Assembly (NCBI GenBank): GCA_963727895.1 | Contig: CAVSHT010000003.1 | Location: forward strand, 160,001 to 224,000 | Origin: an uncultured Methanosarcinaceae archaeon | GTDB taxonomy: Archaea > Halobacteriota > Methanosarcinia > Methanosarcinales > Methanosarcinaceae | Direction of reading: 5' to 3' | Length of the DNA: 64,000 nucleotides | Shown: positions 34,335 to 45,511 of the stretch, one piece after another | How positions within the stretch are numbered: the first letter of the stretch is position 1 | How the letters are laid out: each line of letters starts with the position of its first letter | Notes under the pieces: model-generated | Database searches by the model: none | Seen by the model: the letters and a program-made list of their open reading frames with translations, nothing else | Told to the model about the DNA's origin: nothing | Position numbers and translations under genes: made by a program

Positions 34335-34718
34335 TTATTCGGATTGAAGAATTTCCAGTACTTTTCCAAGAGTACCTTCTACTTCCTGGTCTTTGAGATC
34401 TCTTTCCTTGCTTTTCTTAATCCCTAGTTGAGATATTACGATTTGCCGATCAACTTTAAATCCTGCAAGTTCAAGAGTTTTACTGGCGCAGTTTAAAGGA
34501 CAACCATCAATTGTAATGATTCTCTCGGAAGATTCGGCAGACTTCACAATTCCGGGAGTTCTTGCCCCTATTCCTGCGGTACACATAAGGTTTCCTATAC
34601 CTTGTTTATCAAGTTCGATTGCTATTTTGTTTGAGAGCTGCCCGACATTTGCTGCTCCTACACAGGGAAAAATTGCCACATTCGCCGAACCGCATGCACA
34701 TTTTGTTTCTTCTGGCAT
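34335..34718 (-). CDS. DGC-domain putative zinc-binding protein
   Basis: CVGAANVGQ and IDGCPLNCA. Confidence 0.88.
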   Translation of the reverse strand: MPEETKCACGSANVAIFPCVGAANVGQLSNKIAIELDKQGIGNLMCTAGIGARTPGIVKSAESSERIITIDGCPLNCASKTLELAGFKVDRQIVISQLGIKKSKERDLKDQEVEGTLGKVLEILQSE

Positions 34719-34801
34719 ATTTTCACTTTAACCTTTAGTTTATTCTGAATATTTTAATCGTTTCAATTTTCGGTTTAATCTGTCAGTCTATTTTTAACAG
34801 A

Positions 34802-35035
34802 TCATTCTTTAATCCATTTTTTGATGTCATCTACGCTTGGAACTCTACCTGCGACTTTAACATCTTCGTCAATTACAAGAACGGGTGTTACCATAACTCC
34901 ATATCCCAGAATTTTATCAAAATCTTCTACCTTGACAATTTCAGCATTAACACCTGTTTCTTTTACAGTTTTTTCTACCAATTCCTTTGTCTTATTGCAT
35001 TTTGAACATCCTGTACCAAGTATTTCTATTTTCAT
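34802..35035 (-). CDS. Small thioredoxin-like redox protein (MTH895 type)
   Basis: GTGCSKC...YGVMVTP. Confidence 0.88.
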   Translation of the reverse strand: MKIEILGTGCSKCNKTKELVEKTVKETGVNAEIVKVEDFDKILGYGVMVTPVLVIDEDVKVAGRVPSVDDIKKWIKE

Positions 35036-35160
35036 TGTATTCACCTCAGTATTTCTTATTTCAAATATATTTGAAGCAACCTATATATAATTTTTTATTT
35101 CAAAATAATTTTAATTACCTCTCAACCTATTCATTTTTTCAATTAAAATTGAAGCGACTC

Positions 35161-35224
35161 AAAATCAGTGTTTAAAATCAGTGTTTAAAATCAGTGTTTA
35201 AAATCAGTGTTTAAAATCAGTGTT
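35161..35224. repeat. 13-bp tandem repeat AAAATCAGTGTTT, about 5 copies
   Basis: Units start at 35161, 35174, 35187, 35200 and 35213. Confidence 0.95.
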
Positions 35225-35298
35225 CATATATATCTCTAGCAATGTTTCGAAAGTATGGTTAAAACAGAATCAGAATGTATGTCCAAAAAAAGTGCTTT

Positions 35299-35631
35299 AT
35301 GCACACTATTTTCCTGTTTATTCTTGCAGGTATTTTCGAGATCGGAGGAGGATACCTTATGTGGTTGTGGTTGCGTGAAGGCAGAAGTTTAATTTTTGCG
35401 TTTTTGGGGGCAATTATTCTGTTTTTATATGGGATTGTACCTACTTTTCAGCATTCTTACTTCCACAGAATTTATGCAACTTATGGGGGAATTTTTGTCG
35501 TCATGTCTCTTTTATGGGGCTGGATCTTCGATAAAATCCCTCCAGATATCCATGATCTTATCGGTGCCTTGATTATTCTTATTGGAGTGTCGATTATATA
35601 CTACTGGCCTAGAAAAGGTGACAATATATGA
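35299..35631 (+). CDS. YnfA/UPF0060 SMR-like membrane protein
   Basis: EIGGGYLMWLWLREG; RIYATYGGIF. Confidence 0.9.
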   Translation: MHTIFLFILAGIFEIGGGYLMWLWLREGRSLIFAFLGAIILFLYGIVPTFQHSYFHRIYATYGGIFVVMSLLWGWIFDKIPPDIHDLIGALIILIGVSIIYYWPRKGDNI

Positions 35632-35957
35632 TTGATGCTACTGCTTCGATTGTTTTATTTTTTCTGGTTGCCCTTTTTGAAATTGGAGGAGGTTATTTTG
35701 TTTGGTTGTGGTTAAGGGAAAACAAAAGAGCCTTATTTGGGCTGCTCGGCGGAATTACATTAGCAATCTATGGAGTAATTCCAACTTTTCAGCCTGCACA
35801 TTTCGGAAGGGTTTATGCTGCTTACGGAGGAATCTTTATTGTTTCTTCGTTATTATGGGGAGCATTTGTAGATAAGAAAAAACCAGATAAATATGAGATT
35901 ATATGGGCAATAATTGCACTTGTAGGTGTGCTGGTAATTTTCTATATACCTCGTTAA
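35628..35957 (+). CDS. YnfA/UPF0060 SMR-like membrane protein (second paralog)
   Basis: EIGGGYFVWLWLRE; GRVYAAYGGIF. Confidence 0.9.
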   Translation: MIDATASIVLFFLVALFEIGGGYFVWLWLRENKRALFGLLGGITLAIYGVIPTFQPAHFGRVYAAYGGIFIVSSLLWGAFVDKKKPDKYEIIWAIIALVGVLVIFYIPR

Positions 35958-36155
35958 TTGTCAGTACAATATTAATAACAATAAGCAAAAAATATAAACA
36001 ACTGAAATAAATATGGTGGTGTTAATAATACCTATCATAAATGGTTATTATGAATATTTATTTATAGATCAATTGTCTGCTTGAAAATGCCTTAAATTCT
36101 ATTTTCATTTTGATTGAATGTAATTCTTACGTTGCTAACAGGGAGAGAAATATCC

Positions 36156-37087
36156 ATGCTTCAAATATTCAAATCAACAGATTCCGGACTGACTGCTCTT
36201 GATCATATTGAAGATGGATCATGGATTAATCTTGTAAATCCGAAAGAACAGGAAATAATGTCAATTTCAAATAAGCTCAATATTCCTGCTGAACATCTTA
36301 AAGCTGCACTTGATGAAGAAGAGCGTTCTAGACTTGAAGTAGATGAAGGCTGCACTGTTGTATAGATATACCTGTACCAAATGAAAACCTTCAGGATGGG
36401 GGAATCTATTTTACAATTCCTCTTGGAATTATAATTAATGATAAAAACATCGTTACTGTTTCTCTTCAGGAAAATTACGTTATTAACAGCTTTATCGAGC
36501 ATAAAATAAAATCCTTCTACACGTTCAAAAAAACACGTTTTCTTTTACAGATTTTATATAGAAATTCAAAGTTGTATCTTCAGTATCTAAGGCGTATCGA
36601 TAAAGCAAGCGATAAAATTGAAGCAAAATTGCACAAATCCCTAAAAAATAAGGAATTAATGCAGCTTCTTGGACTTGAAAAAAGCCTTGTATATTTCTCT
36701 ACATCTTTAAAAAGCAATGAAGTTGTTCTTGAAAAAATTCTCAGATCTACTCCTATAAAAATGTATCCTGATAATACGGATCTTCTTGAAGATGTTATTA
36801 TCGAAAACAAGCAAGCAATTGAAATGGCAAATATTTATAGCAATATTCTAACCGGAACTATGGACGCATATGCATCAGTTATCTCCAATAACTTAAATAT
36901 TGTCATGAAATTCCTCACTTCAGCTACAATCGTTCTTTCAGTCCCAACAATGGTTGCCAGTTTCTTTGGAATGAATGTTGATGTCCCTTTCGAGAATGAC
37001 CCTCATGCATTTGTAATTATTTTCATCATTTCATTTGTTTTCTCAGTAGTTCTGGCTCTTACAATGTTAAGAAAACAATTATTCTAA
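36156..37087 (+). CDS. corA: CorA-family Mg2+ transporter (frameshift near 36360)
   Basis: SWINLVNP, ALDEEERSR, FFGMN. Confidence 0.88.
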
Positions 37088-37295
37088 GTGAAAATCCAAA
37101 AAATCGCATTTAATGTCTATATTTTGAATATTTTCTCTTTTAAGAGCCTTTTATTTATTAATCTCAGTTACCTTGAAAAACACTTGATTGTTGAATTATG
37201 TGAAAAAGGACATCTTAAAAGGCTAATTTGAAAAAAATAAATATTTCAGGGTTTTTCCCCTAACTTTTTTCATTTAACTAATAAGCCTGTATTTC

Positions 37296-38514
37296 TCAAT
37301 GAATTGTATCATAAGCACATTCACCATGCATAGAAATATCCAGACCTACAAGCTGTTCTTCGTCTGTAACCTTGACCGGAGTTACTAAGTTTATCAACAT
37401 CAGCATAATGTAGGTAAATACAAATGCATATATTGAAGTAGCTACAACAACTACAACTTCTTTAATAAAAAATGCTGTGCCGCCGTAAAGCAATCCGTCA
37501 GCTCCTACTGGATTTATAGCAGTTGAAGCAAAGATTCCAAGTAGAATTGTGCCGGTAACGCCTCCAATTCCATGAACACCCCATACATCAAGTGCATCAT
37601 CCCATTCCATCTTGTTTTTAATGTGTACAGCAAAGTAACAGATAATTGACCCAAGGATGCCCATTAATGCGGCTGAAGGCAAAGAAACAAGCCCTGCTGC
37701 AGGGGTAATAGTTGCAAGACCTCCCACTGCTCCTGTCATAAACCCAACAAACTTTGGTTTTCCTTCTTTGTACCATTCTATTATCATCCAGGTCATTGCT
37801 GCAAAAGAAGCTGCAATGTCGCTATTCAGGAATGCAAGTGAGGTAATACCATCTACGTTGAGTTCACTTCCAGCGTTAAAACCATACCATCCAAACCACA
37901 AAAGGGCAGTTCCAATAGCCATTAACGGAATATTGTTTGGTTTTGTTATCTTATTATACTTTCTTGAGCCTACATAAAATACCGAAGCAAGGGCTGCAAA
38001 TCCGGCTGTTGCATGGACAACAATTCCTCCTGCAAAATCAAGAATTCCCATTTGTGCTAGCAGTCCCCCTCCCCATACCATATGGACAAAAGGATAGTAA
38101 ACAAAAAGCTGCCAGAGGACAAGGAAAATAAGGTAAGCTTTAAAAGTAACGCGGTTTGCAAATGCTCCCGTAATCAAAGCAGGAGTAATAATTGCAAACA
38201 TCATCTGGTAAGCCACGAATACAATTTCTGGAAATCCCAGTATTTTTTACAATTGTAGTTGGTGTAATCCCATGTAGAAACATTTTATCCAGGTTTCCTA
38301 TTATTGCACCTTCACCTCCACTGAAACACAGAGAATACCCGATAATAAACCATAAAACAGTAGTCAATCCCATCGAAACAAAGCTTTGCATCATTATTCC
38401 TAAAATATTCCGCTTACAGGAAAGTCCTCCGTAAAAGAATGCCAGACCAGGAGTCATTAGCATTACAAGACTTGTTGCAAGCAGCATAAAGCCTGTAGAT
38501 CCAGTATTTAACAT
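37296..38514 (-). CDS. amtB: Ammonium transporter (+1 frameshift near 38230)
   Basis: DFAGGIVVH, WFGWYGFNAGS, DDALDVWGVHG. Confidence 0.92.
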
Positions 38515-38625
38515 TTTATCATCCCATCTATTTTTTATATGATAACTAGGAAATCTCAAATATCTTACCTTGTTCCTATTTTATCATAAATAACTATTTC
38601 CACTTTCTATTTACTGAAAATTAGG

Positions 38626-38858
38626 TTTCAGGCAATTGTTCAGGATAGGAATGGTTAAAGATAGGATTTGATTTTCAGGTAATCTTTCAGGATGGAAATT
38701 GTTGAAAATAGAATTTAATTTTCCTATAAATGTTCAGGATAGAAATGGTTAAAAATGGGATTTAATTTTCAGGTAATTATTCAAAGAGAAATAGTTAAAG
38801 ATAGGATTTAATTTTCAGGTAACTATTCAGAGAGAAATAGTTAAAGATAGGATTTAAT
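38626..38858. repeat. 46-47-bp degenerate tandem repeat x5
   Basis: Units at 38626, 38673, 38720, 38767 and 38813; consensus approximately TTTCAGGTAATTATTCAGGATAGAAATGGTTAAAGATAGGATTTAAT. Confidence 0.88.
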
Positions 38859-38913
38859 GGGAAATCCAATAAATAGTTCAAAATAAGAAAAGTACAGGTA
38901 AATTTGCCTGTAC

Positions 38914-40108
38914 TTATATATTGTATGCAATTTCACCATGCTGTGTTTGTCAAGTCCGATGTTTTCTTCACTTTCGCTGACTTTAAGCCCTATAGTCTTG
39001 TTGAGTATGAATCCAATAAGAAGGGTGCCAACAACTGCATAAATAATTGTGAATGACAACTCCTTGAAGCTGGATTAAAAATTGACCTGGATTTCCATAA
39101 AGTAGACCAGTTCCTCCTACACTTGCAAATACACCTGTTAGAAGTGCACCTACTATTCCTCCAACGCCATGTACTCCAAAGGCATCCAGCGAATCATCAT
39201 ATCCAAATCTTTCTTTGAGTCCTACAGCTTTGTAGCACACGAAACTTGTGATCATACCTATAGGAATTGCTGCCATTGGCGTAACAAAGCCTGCACCTGG
39301 AGTTATTGCAACAAGTCCTGCTAGAATGCCGGTTGCAAATCCCAGGGCAGTTGGATACCCTAAGTGATACCATTCAAGTGCCATCCAGACAAATCCTGCA
39401 GCTGCAGGGGCTACAAGCGTTGTAATAAATGCAAGTGCTGCGATCTCATTTGCAGCAAGAGCTGATCCTGCATTGAACCCGAACCATCCAAACCAGAGAA
39501 GTCCGGTTCCAAGGAGCGTTAGAGTAACGTTGTGTGGCTTTAGTGGATCTACACCAAAACCTCTTCTTTTGCCAAGGTATGTTAAAAGTGCAAGTGAGGA
39601 GATACCTGAAGTTATATGAACAACCGTGCCACCTGCAAAGTCAAGAGCTTTTCCTGTTAGGAAGCCTCCACCCCAGACCCAGTGACAGACAGGTGCATAT
39701 ACAATAAGTCCCCAGAGCGCGATAAATGCAATGTAAGATTTAAACTTAACACGTCCGACAATTGCACCTGAAATTAGAGCAGGTGTAATTATTGCAAACA
39801 TTCCTTGAAATGCGATATATGCATAAGTAGGAATTGTACCAGTTACTGAATATACATCAATTCCTTTCAAGGAATATATGTGAAAGGCCACCCACAAACG
39901 AATTACCCTCTGAAAAGGCAAGCGAGTAACCTATTATTACCCATTCAAGAGCCATGACACCCATTGCAACAAATGAATGCATCATGCTGCTCAGAACGTT
40001 TTTGCGCTGTACTAGCCCGCCATAGAATAGTGCAAGTCCGGGAAGCATTAGTAATACAAGTGCGGCTGAGATCAGTACCCATACAGTGTCTGCTGCTACA
40101 ATAGCCAT
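38914..40108 (-). CDS. amtB: Ammonium transporter (frameshifts near 39870, 39055 and 38945)
   Basis: DFAGGTVVH, WFGWFGFNAGS, DDSLDAFGVHG. Confidence 0.9.
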
Positions 40109-40117
40109 ATTATCCCC

Positions 40118-40462
40118 TCATAAAGCGCTAGGACCGGTTTCGTTAGTACGAATCCGTATTACATCTTCTAGTGGCAGCACAAATATTTTGCCGCTTCCTA
40201 TGTAATTTTCATCGCCTTTTGCCCCAGTTTTTATAGCTTCAATGACTGATTCTAGGTAACGATCTTCCACTGCTATTTCGATCTTTACTTTCTCAAGCAG
40301 GTTTGCTTCATGTACAGTTGCCCTGTATATTTCCAGATGCCCTTTTTGTGCACCATAGCCAGCGACTGATGATACTGTCATTCTGCTTACTTCAAGTTTT
40401 TGAAGTTCTCGTTTGACCGCATCAAGCCTTTCCGGCCTTACGACTGCGATTATATATTTCAT
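40118..40462 (-). CDS. glnK: PII nitrogen regulatory protein
   Basis: GYGAQKG, GSGKIFVLPLEDVIRIRT; directly upstream of amtB. Confidence 0.93.
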   Translation of the reverse strand: MKYIIAVVRPERLDAVKRELQKLEVSRMTVSSVAGYGAQKGHLEIYRATVHEANLLEKVKIEIAVEDRYLESVIEAIKTGAKGDENYIGSGKIFVLPLEDVIRIRTNETGPSAL

Positions 40463-40476
40463 CTCAACCACCAATA

Positions 40477-40490
40477 GGTATCTCGTATCC
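40477..40490 (-). promoter_or_regulatory. Possible NrpR-type operator upstream of glnK
   Basis: GGAT-N6-TACC just downstream of the TATA-like TTTAAATA (40501-40508). Confidence 0.4.
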
Positions 40491-40729
40491 GACAGTCCAC
40501 TATTTAAATTTACCTATTTAACTGTTGGATATTTAGGAAGTCTTACCCAAAAAGTGATTCGTAAATGAGGCTTTTTTTCCAATTAAAGAGTTAAATCTTG
40601 GTTTTTATAGTCTTTACGTTATTACTGTATTTTACAAGGAGGAATAATAGTGTCTGTTGTGAGTCTCTTTTCCTGTCTTCAAGTTTTTCTGTCATAGAGC
40701 TTTTATCTAGTGAAAGCAAACTTAGGAAT

Positions 40730-41611
40730 ATGTTCGGAGAAATTGGAAGTGTAAAAAATAAAGCTGATAATATTTCCCTTCAAATTCTTTCTCTTTTCAG
40801 GGACAGTATCAGTGAAATATGCCTTAATGAAGCTAAATCTGTGTCAAATTATTTCAAACCGGAATATTCTCGTTATATTATAGTACATACTCCTCTGGAT
40901 ATCAGGTTCCCTGAGAAAAGGGAAGAATGGAACATGCGCTTTTGTGGGGATGTCGGAGTTTCGATTGTAGAATCTGTTATAGTTGAAACTGACAGAATCT
41001 ATGTAAAAGGATTTATGGCAGTTAACGGGTCCAAAATCTATGATATCCTTCCTTTTACTAATATAGATGCAGGAAAAGCGAAGAAAGCCGCATTTCCTGA
41101 AGACCATATGTCTCGTGTGCGCGCTAAGGTGCTTCCTGCCGTGCTCTCTAACATAAAAGGAGAAACCATTCTCGATATTGGCAGTGGTTTCGGAAACCTT
41201 ACTATGGAGCTTGCAAGAAACAACCTTGATTCGATGGTTTACGGGGTTGATCTTCACGACTCTCTTACAGGTCAGTCGCAGATGAACGCTGACGTTCTTG
41301 GTGTATCTAATGTAAAGTTCAGGACCGGAAGTGTCTATGCTCTGCCTTTTGAAGCCAACTCTTTTGATGTAGCTACCTGCTTTCTCATGCTTCACCACCT
41401 CGACGACATTAAATTCGCCCTATTCGAAATTAAAAGAGTGCTTAAAACCGGCGGCATGTTGACTGCAGTTGAGCCTCTTGCAGAGAAACATCATCATGGG
41501 CCTCAACTCTCAAAAGCTGGATGGATAGAATTTTTTGAAGATGTTGGTTTCTTCGTAGAAGCTGAAAGCTTGGAAGGGGCAGTAGTTATAAAAGCTGTAA
41601 AAAGAGACTAA
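40730..41611 (+). CDS. Class I SAM methyltransferase with TsaA/TrmO-like N-terminal domain
   Basis: ILDIGSGFG motif; N-terminal GEIGSV...VGVSIVE...IYVKG...NGSKIYDILPF. Confidence 0.75.
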   Translation: MFGEIGSVKNKADNISLQILSLFRDSISEICLNEAKSVSNYFKPEYSRYIIVHTPLDIRFPEKREEWNMRFCGDVGVSIVESVIVETDRIYVKGFMAVNGSKIYDILPFTNIDAGKAKKAAFPEDHMSRVRAKVLPAVLSNIKGETILDIGSGFGNLTMELARNNLDSMVYGVDLHDSLTGQSQMNADVLGVSNVKFRTGSVYALPFEANSFDVATCFLMLHHLDDIKFALFEIKRVLKTGGMLTAVEPLAEKHHHGPQLSKAGWIEFFEDVGFFVEAESLEGAVVIKAVKRD

Positions 41612-41742
41612 AACTGTAATAAAAGACTAAGTCCTGAAAAAAGATTCGAAGGAAGTTGGGGTAACTTCATTTTTTTATTTTTAAATAATAAATCCCACAC
41701 TCCCAAGATTAACCTTTTATTTTTTCAATTTAATATGTTGGC

Positions 41743-44579
41743 TTACTTAACTGTAATATAACTGGTCTTTTTTATCAGACTACTACCAGCAGCGTTCTTT
41801 ACTGTTAAGCTCACCGTATATTTTCCAGCTTTAGTATACTTATGCGTTGGATTATAGGTTGTTGAAGTGCTTTTATCACCAAAGTTCCAATACCAGGAAG
41901 TGGGCGATCCTGTACTCTTATCAGTAAACTTCACATTCAAAGGATATTTCCCTGTGGTTGGAGATGCAGAAAAAGCAGCAACAGGTTTTGTTACAGTTAT
42001 AACATTTACGTAATTGGATTTTGTTACAGTGTTACTTCCAGCCGCATTCTTTACTGTTAAGCTGACAGTATATTTTCCTGCTTTAGTATATTGGTGTGTT
42101 GGGTTCTGAGCTGTTGAAGATGTTCCATCTCCTAAACTCCATTTCCAAAAAGTTGGCGATCCTGCGCTTTTATCAGTAAATTTTACTGTTAATGATGCTT
42201 TTCCTGAGGTAGGAGATGCAGAGAAAGAAGCAACTGGGGTTTTGAATATCTTGTTTCCGCTAATTATAGCATTTTTAATATTTTTTATTATGATTCCAGA
42301 AGGAGAATTCGACGTAGCAACGTTTATTAAGATATTATTTTGGCATTGTTACTCAAATATATCTAGTTCTTTATTTCTTTATTTCATCAATAGAATAACC
42401 GAGTACTTTAGCATTTCAAGACTTTTTGTATAACACTTTGTCTTTCTTCTCAATCTTGCCAGGAAATGCCTCAATATGCTGTTATATCCTTCAACAGTAT
42501 ACGTTTCTGCTTTTGATTGAGTATGACTCTTTTCAGGAAGAAACTCTGCATATGCCCTCCAGTGATCTGTCATCACTTCTCCAATCTCTTTTTTCTTCAA
42601 TTTTTCCCAGAGTAGTTTTCCAGTTTCCGTTCCTCTGCTACCAAAAGAGCAGTTGATGAACTTTTTCCCAACTCTATCAACAGCAATCCAGATCCAGCAA
42701 TATTTTTTTTGTTACCGATGTAAGTGTGCATTTCATCCATTTCAACAATAGATATCTCATTTTCACTTTTTAGGTCCTCTAACTCCTGACCAAATTTCTT
42801 TATCCGTTTTTGGACAGAAACATGACTCACCCCTAAAACTCTTCCTATTGAACGAAAGCCCAATCTTTCAAGGTAAAGTTGTAAAGCCTGTCTTTTTACA
42901 AAAGCGGAAAAAGCAGTTGATTTTAGCTCTACTGTATAGTTATAGCCACAATCAGAGCATTTGTACCGTTGACAACCACCAACTATACCGTTCTTTTTGT
43001 GACTGGAACTATTGCATTTTGGGCAGTTAATGAAGAAATATACTTTCTTATATAACTATGTTTAAGTATCAATACCATTATTTTGTATTTTTACAACGCC
43101 ATTTTTGAAAGAATTTCCATCTATATATATTCCTTCTTGTTTTAAGTTCGAAAATGTGTTTTTAGAGATATTTAAGTTTACCCCATTTATTAAAAACCTC
43201 TGATACACTCCTTTATTTGAAAGATTACTAAAAGTGTTATTATCTATTATTATGTCCCTAAAACTCCCTTTATTTGGAAACTCAATTCCATAAGTTCCTT
43301 TATTTTGAATATTGTCTCTTATTATAAGCGTGTTATCAATTCCATCTCCTCCTTTATACATGTCACCTGACATACCATTAAACGTGTTATTTTCGTAGAT
43401 GTGTACTCCATCATTTACTCCACCACGTTTGAATATTCCTCCATATCCACCATAAATTAAATTACTAGAAAAAGTGGACTGTTGTGTGCCATCTGCAAAT
43501 GCATAATGGTTTGGAAGTTGAGGATAGATCTTATTTCCAGTTACTACAAAATCAATAACAACAGCATGAGCATCAACAACAATAGCACCAGTCACTTTAG
43601 CTCCTATCAGTGTGTTATTGGCGATAAAAACGTCTCTATCTAAGGATTTGCGCTCGTCTGAATTGCCTGTTACAGTATGCCTGCAATTCTCAATGTGATT
43701 ATGGGTTATAGTTACAAAAGCAGAACCGCTAGCTACATTTATACCATATCCACAGTCAGAATGAAGTGCATTATACATCTCATTATTACTAACGCTCACA
43801 TTAAAACAAGAGTATAAGCAAAGATCATCAAATCCACTATTATTGAACCAGGAATTTGTGACTGAACTATCCTTGCAATATTGTAGAACGAGTCCATGAT
43901 GAATTGTTGTAGAGCCTGTATCCTCTATTCTTATATTTTTTATATTCATTTGAATAGGTCTGTATACTTCAACCTGTACATTCTCGGATAATTTGTAATC
44001 TCTAAGAAGTGGTTGATTTAATGTGACGACATTTCCCTTTACACTTTTAACAGCATACATTTCTCCTGTCATTTGGTCAGGATAATCCGAAGGACACCAC
44101 TGAACATTTTTCCAAATTTTAATTAAGTCGTTCTTGCGAACCTGGGAAGCATCAGTTAATACAATTTGAGAAGAACCTTTTTTCGCATTAGCAGATAGAT
44201 TTGTGTTTGTAATATTTGATCCATTGAAAAAAATTTCTCTATTTACTTCTTTATTCATTCCTCTATCTGGAGTTTGAAGATGAAGGGTTACTTTCTCTTT
44301 GCCTATTATATTCAGACTCTTATTTGTTTGATATATTTCTTCTGGGAGATAATAATCTCCTCCGTAGATAGTTATTGTATCCCCACTTTTCGAATAATTC
44401 AATGCTGCCTGAATGCAAGCTGAATCGTTTTCGTAATTAGGCGTATGAAAAAGATTTGATCCATCTGGTTCAGTCTGTTTGTCAATAACGATATTTGCTG
44501 CCAAAGCTGAAGAGCTACTTAACGAAAGAAAAATAAAAATTAAAATAAATATTATCATAAAAGTTTTTAAATTTTTCAT
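41743..44579 (-). pseudogene. Secreted beta-helix + 2x PKD surface protein interrupted by IS1
   Basis: Signal peptide and Asn-rich beta-helix repeats; frame resumes at 42341 across the TSD into two PKD domains (FTDKS.GSPT.W.W..GD). Confidence 0.88.
42342..43076 (-). mobile_element. IS1-family element, copy 5 (degenerate), 8-bp TSD ATTATTTT
   Basis: TSD at 42334-42341 and 43077-43084; start codon lost and insA frameshifted. Confidence 0.95.
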
Positions 44580-45361
44580 TCTAGTTTCTCCTACATTTTT
44601 TTAATTTAAATCTGATCGTAAAATTAAATTTGGTTCTGTAATTGGGAATAAAACTTGCATAATTGAAATGAAAAACAGCGGGCGTTAAGCAATTAAATGT
44701 CTAAAATGTAAATTCAAACCATAATGCCTAAGATGTTTGATTTTATACATCCGTAACTCATATGAGATAACTTAAGGTCAACGTATACCTTAATTCCGAA
44801 AAGATTTATGATTTTAATTTACAACTGACATTGTCCATTATCCAGCTATAGAAATTATTTGAATTTTAAGACAGCCTATTAAGAGTGTATTAAAGCTAAT
44901 TTGAATCTACAATTGAATCGTAAGCAATGTTTCCTATATCTGTGCAAAGTAACCTTTTTTAAAATTAAGTTATTATTGACTTTCGGAATGTACTGATCTT
45001 ATAAACTTATAAATTATATATAAAAATTCAAATAGATTAAGATTCTGATCTGAGATCACTAAATTATGGATTGCTGGACTAAAATACTGGATTTCTAAAT
45101 GAAAAAATTCCCTTAAATAAAACTTAATATTCAATATCCAAATTTAATCATGAATATGTGTTCAAAGGACTGTAACCAACTTAAAATCTGGTCTTATCTG
45201 TAGATTATTGATTTAATCCGAAAAACGATTTGAATCACCACTAAGTCTTTAGCTCTGTGGTATTTCACGATACAGGGAAAATTGAGAGAAAGGCAGCATA
45301 TTAAGGCAGAGAAACTCTACCATAATTATAATCCTTAAAAAAGTGTTTGAATTTAGTTTAT

Positions 45362-45431
45362 AACCACGGAAAGCACGGAAGAATTGTTCCCCCACTTCCT
45401 TTATCCTGTGTTTTTCGTACTTTCTGTGGTT
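45362..45431. repeat. Long imperfect inverted repeat downstream of nifN
   Basis: AACCACGGAAAGCACGGAA...TTTCGTACTTTCTGTGGTT. Confidence 0.7.
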
Positions 45432-45511
45432 AACCTTTCAATTTAGATTGGTGAAGATAGATTAGTGAAGAATTTTGGTCCTTGACTCTACAAGCACCAG
45501 TTCTTTTCCAC

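Noticed and set aside
38626..38858. CRISPR array
   Set aside because: Units are contiguous and degenerate with no unique spacers, and there are no cas genes; the same applies to the repeats at 9570 and 35161
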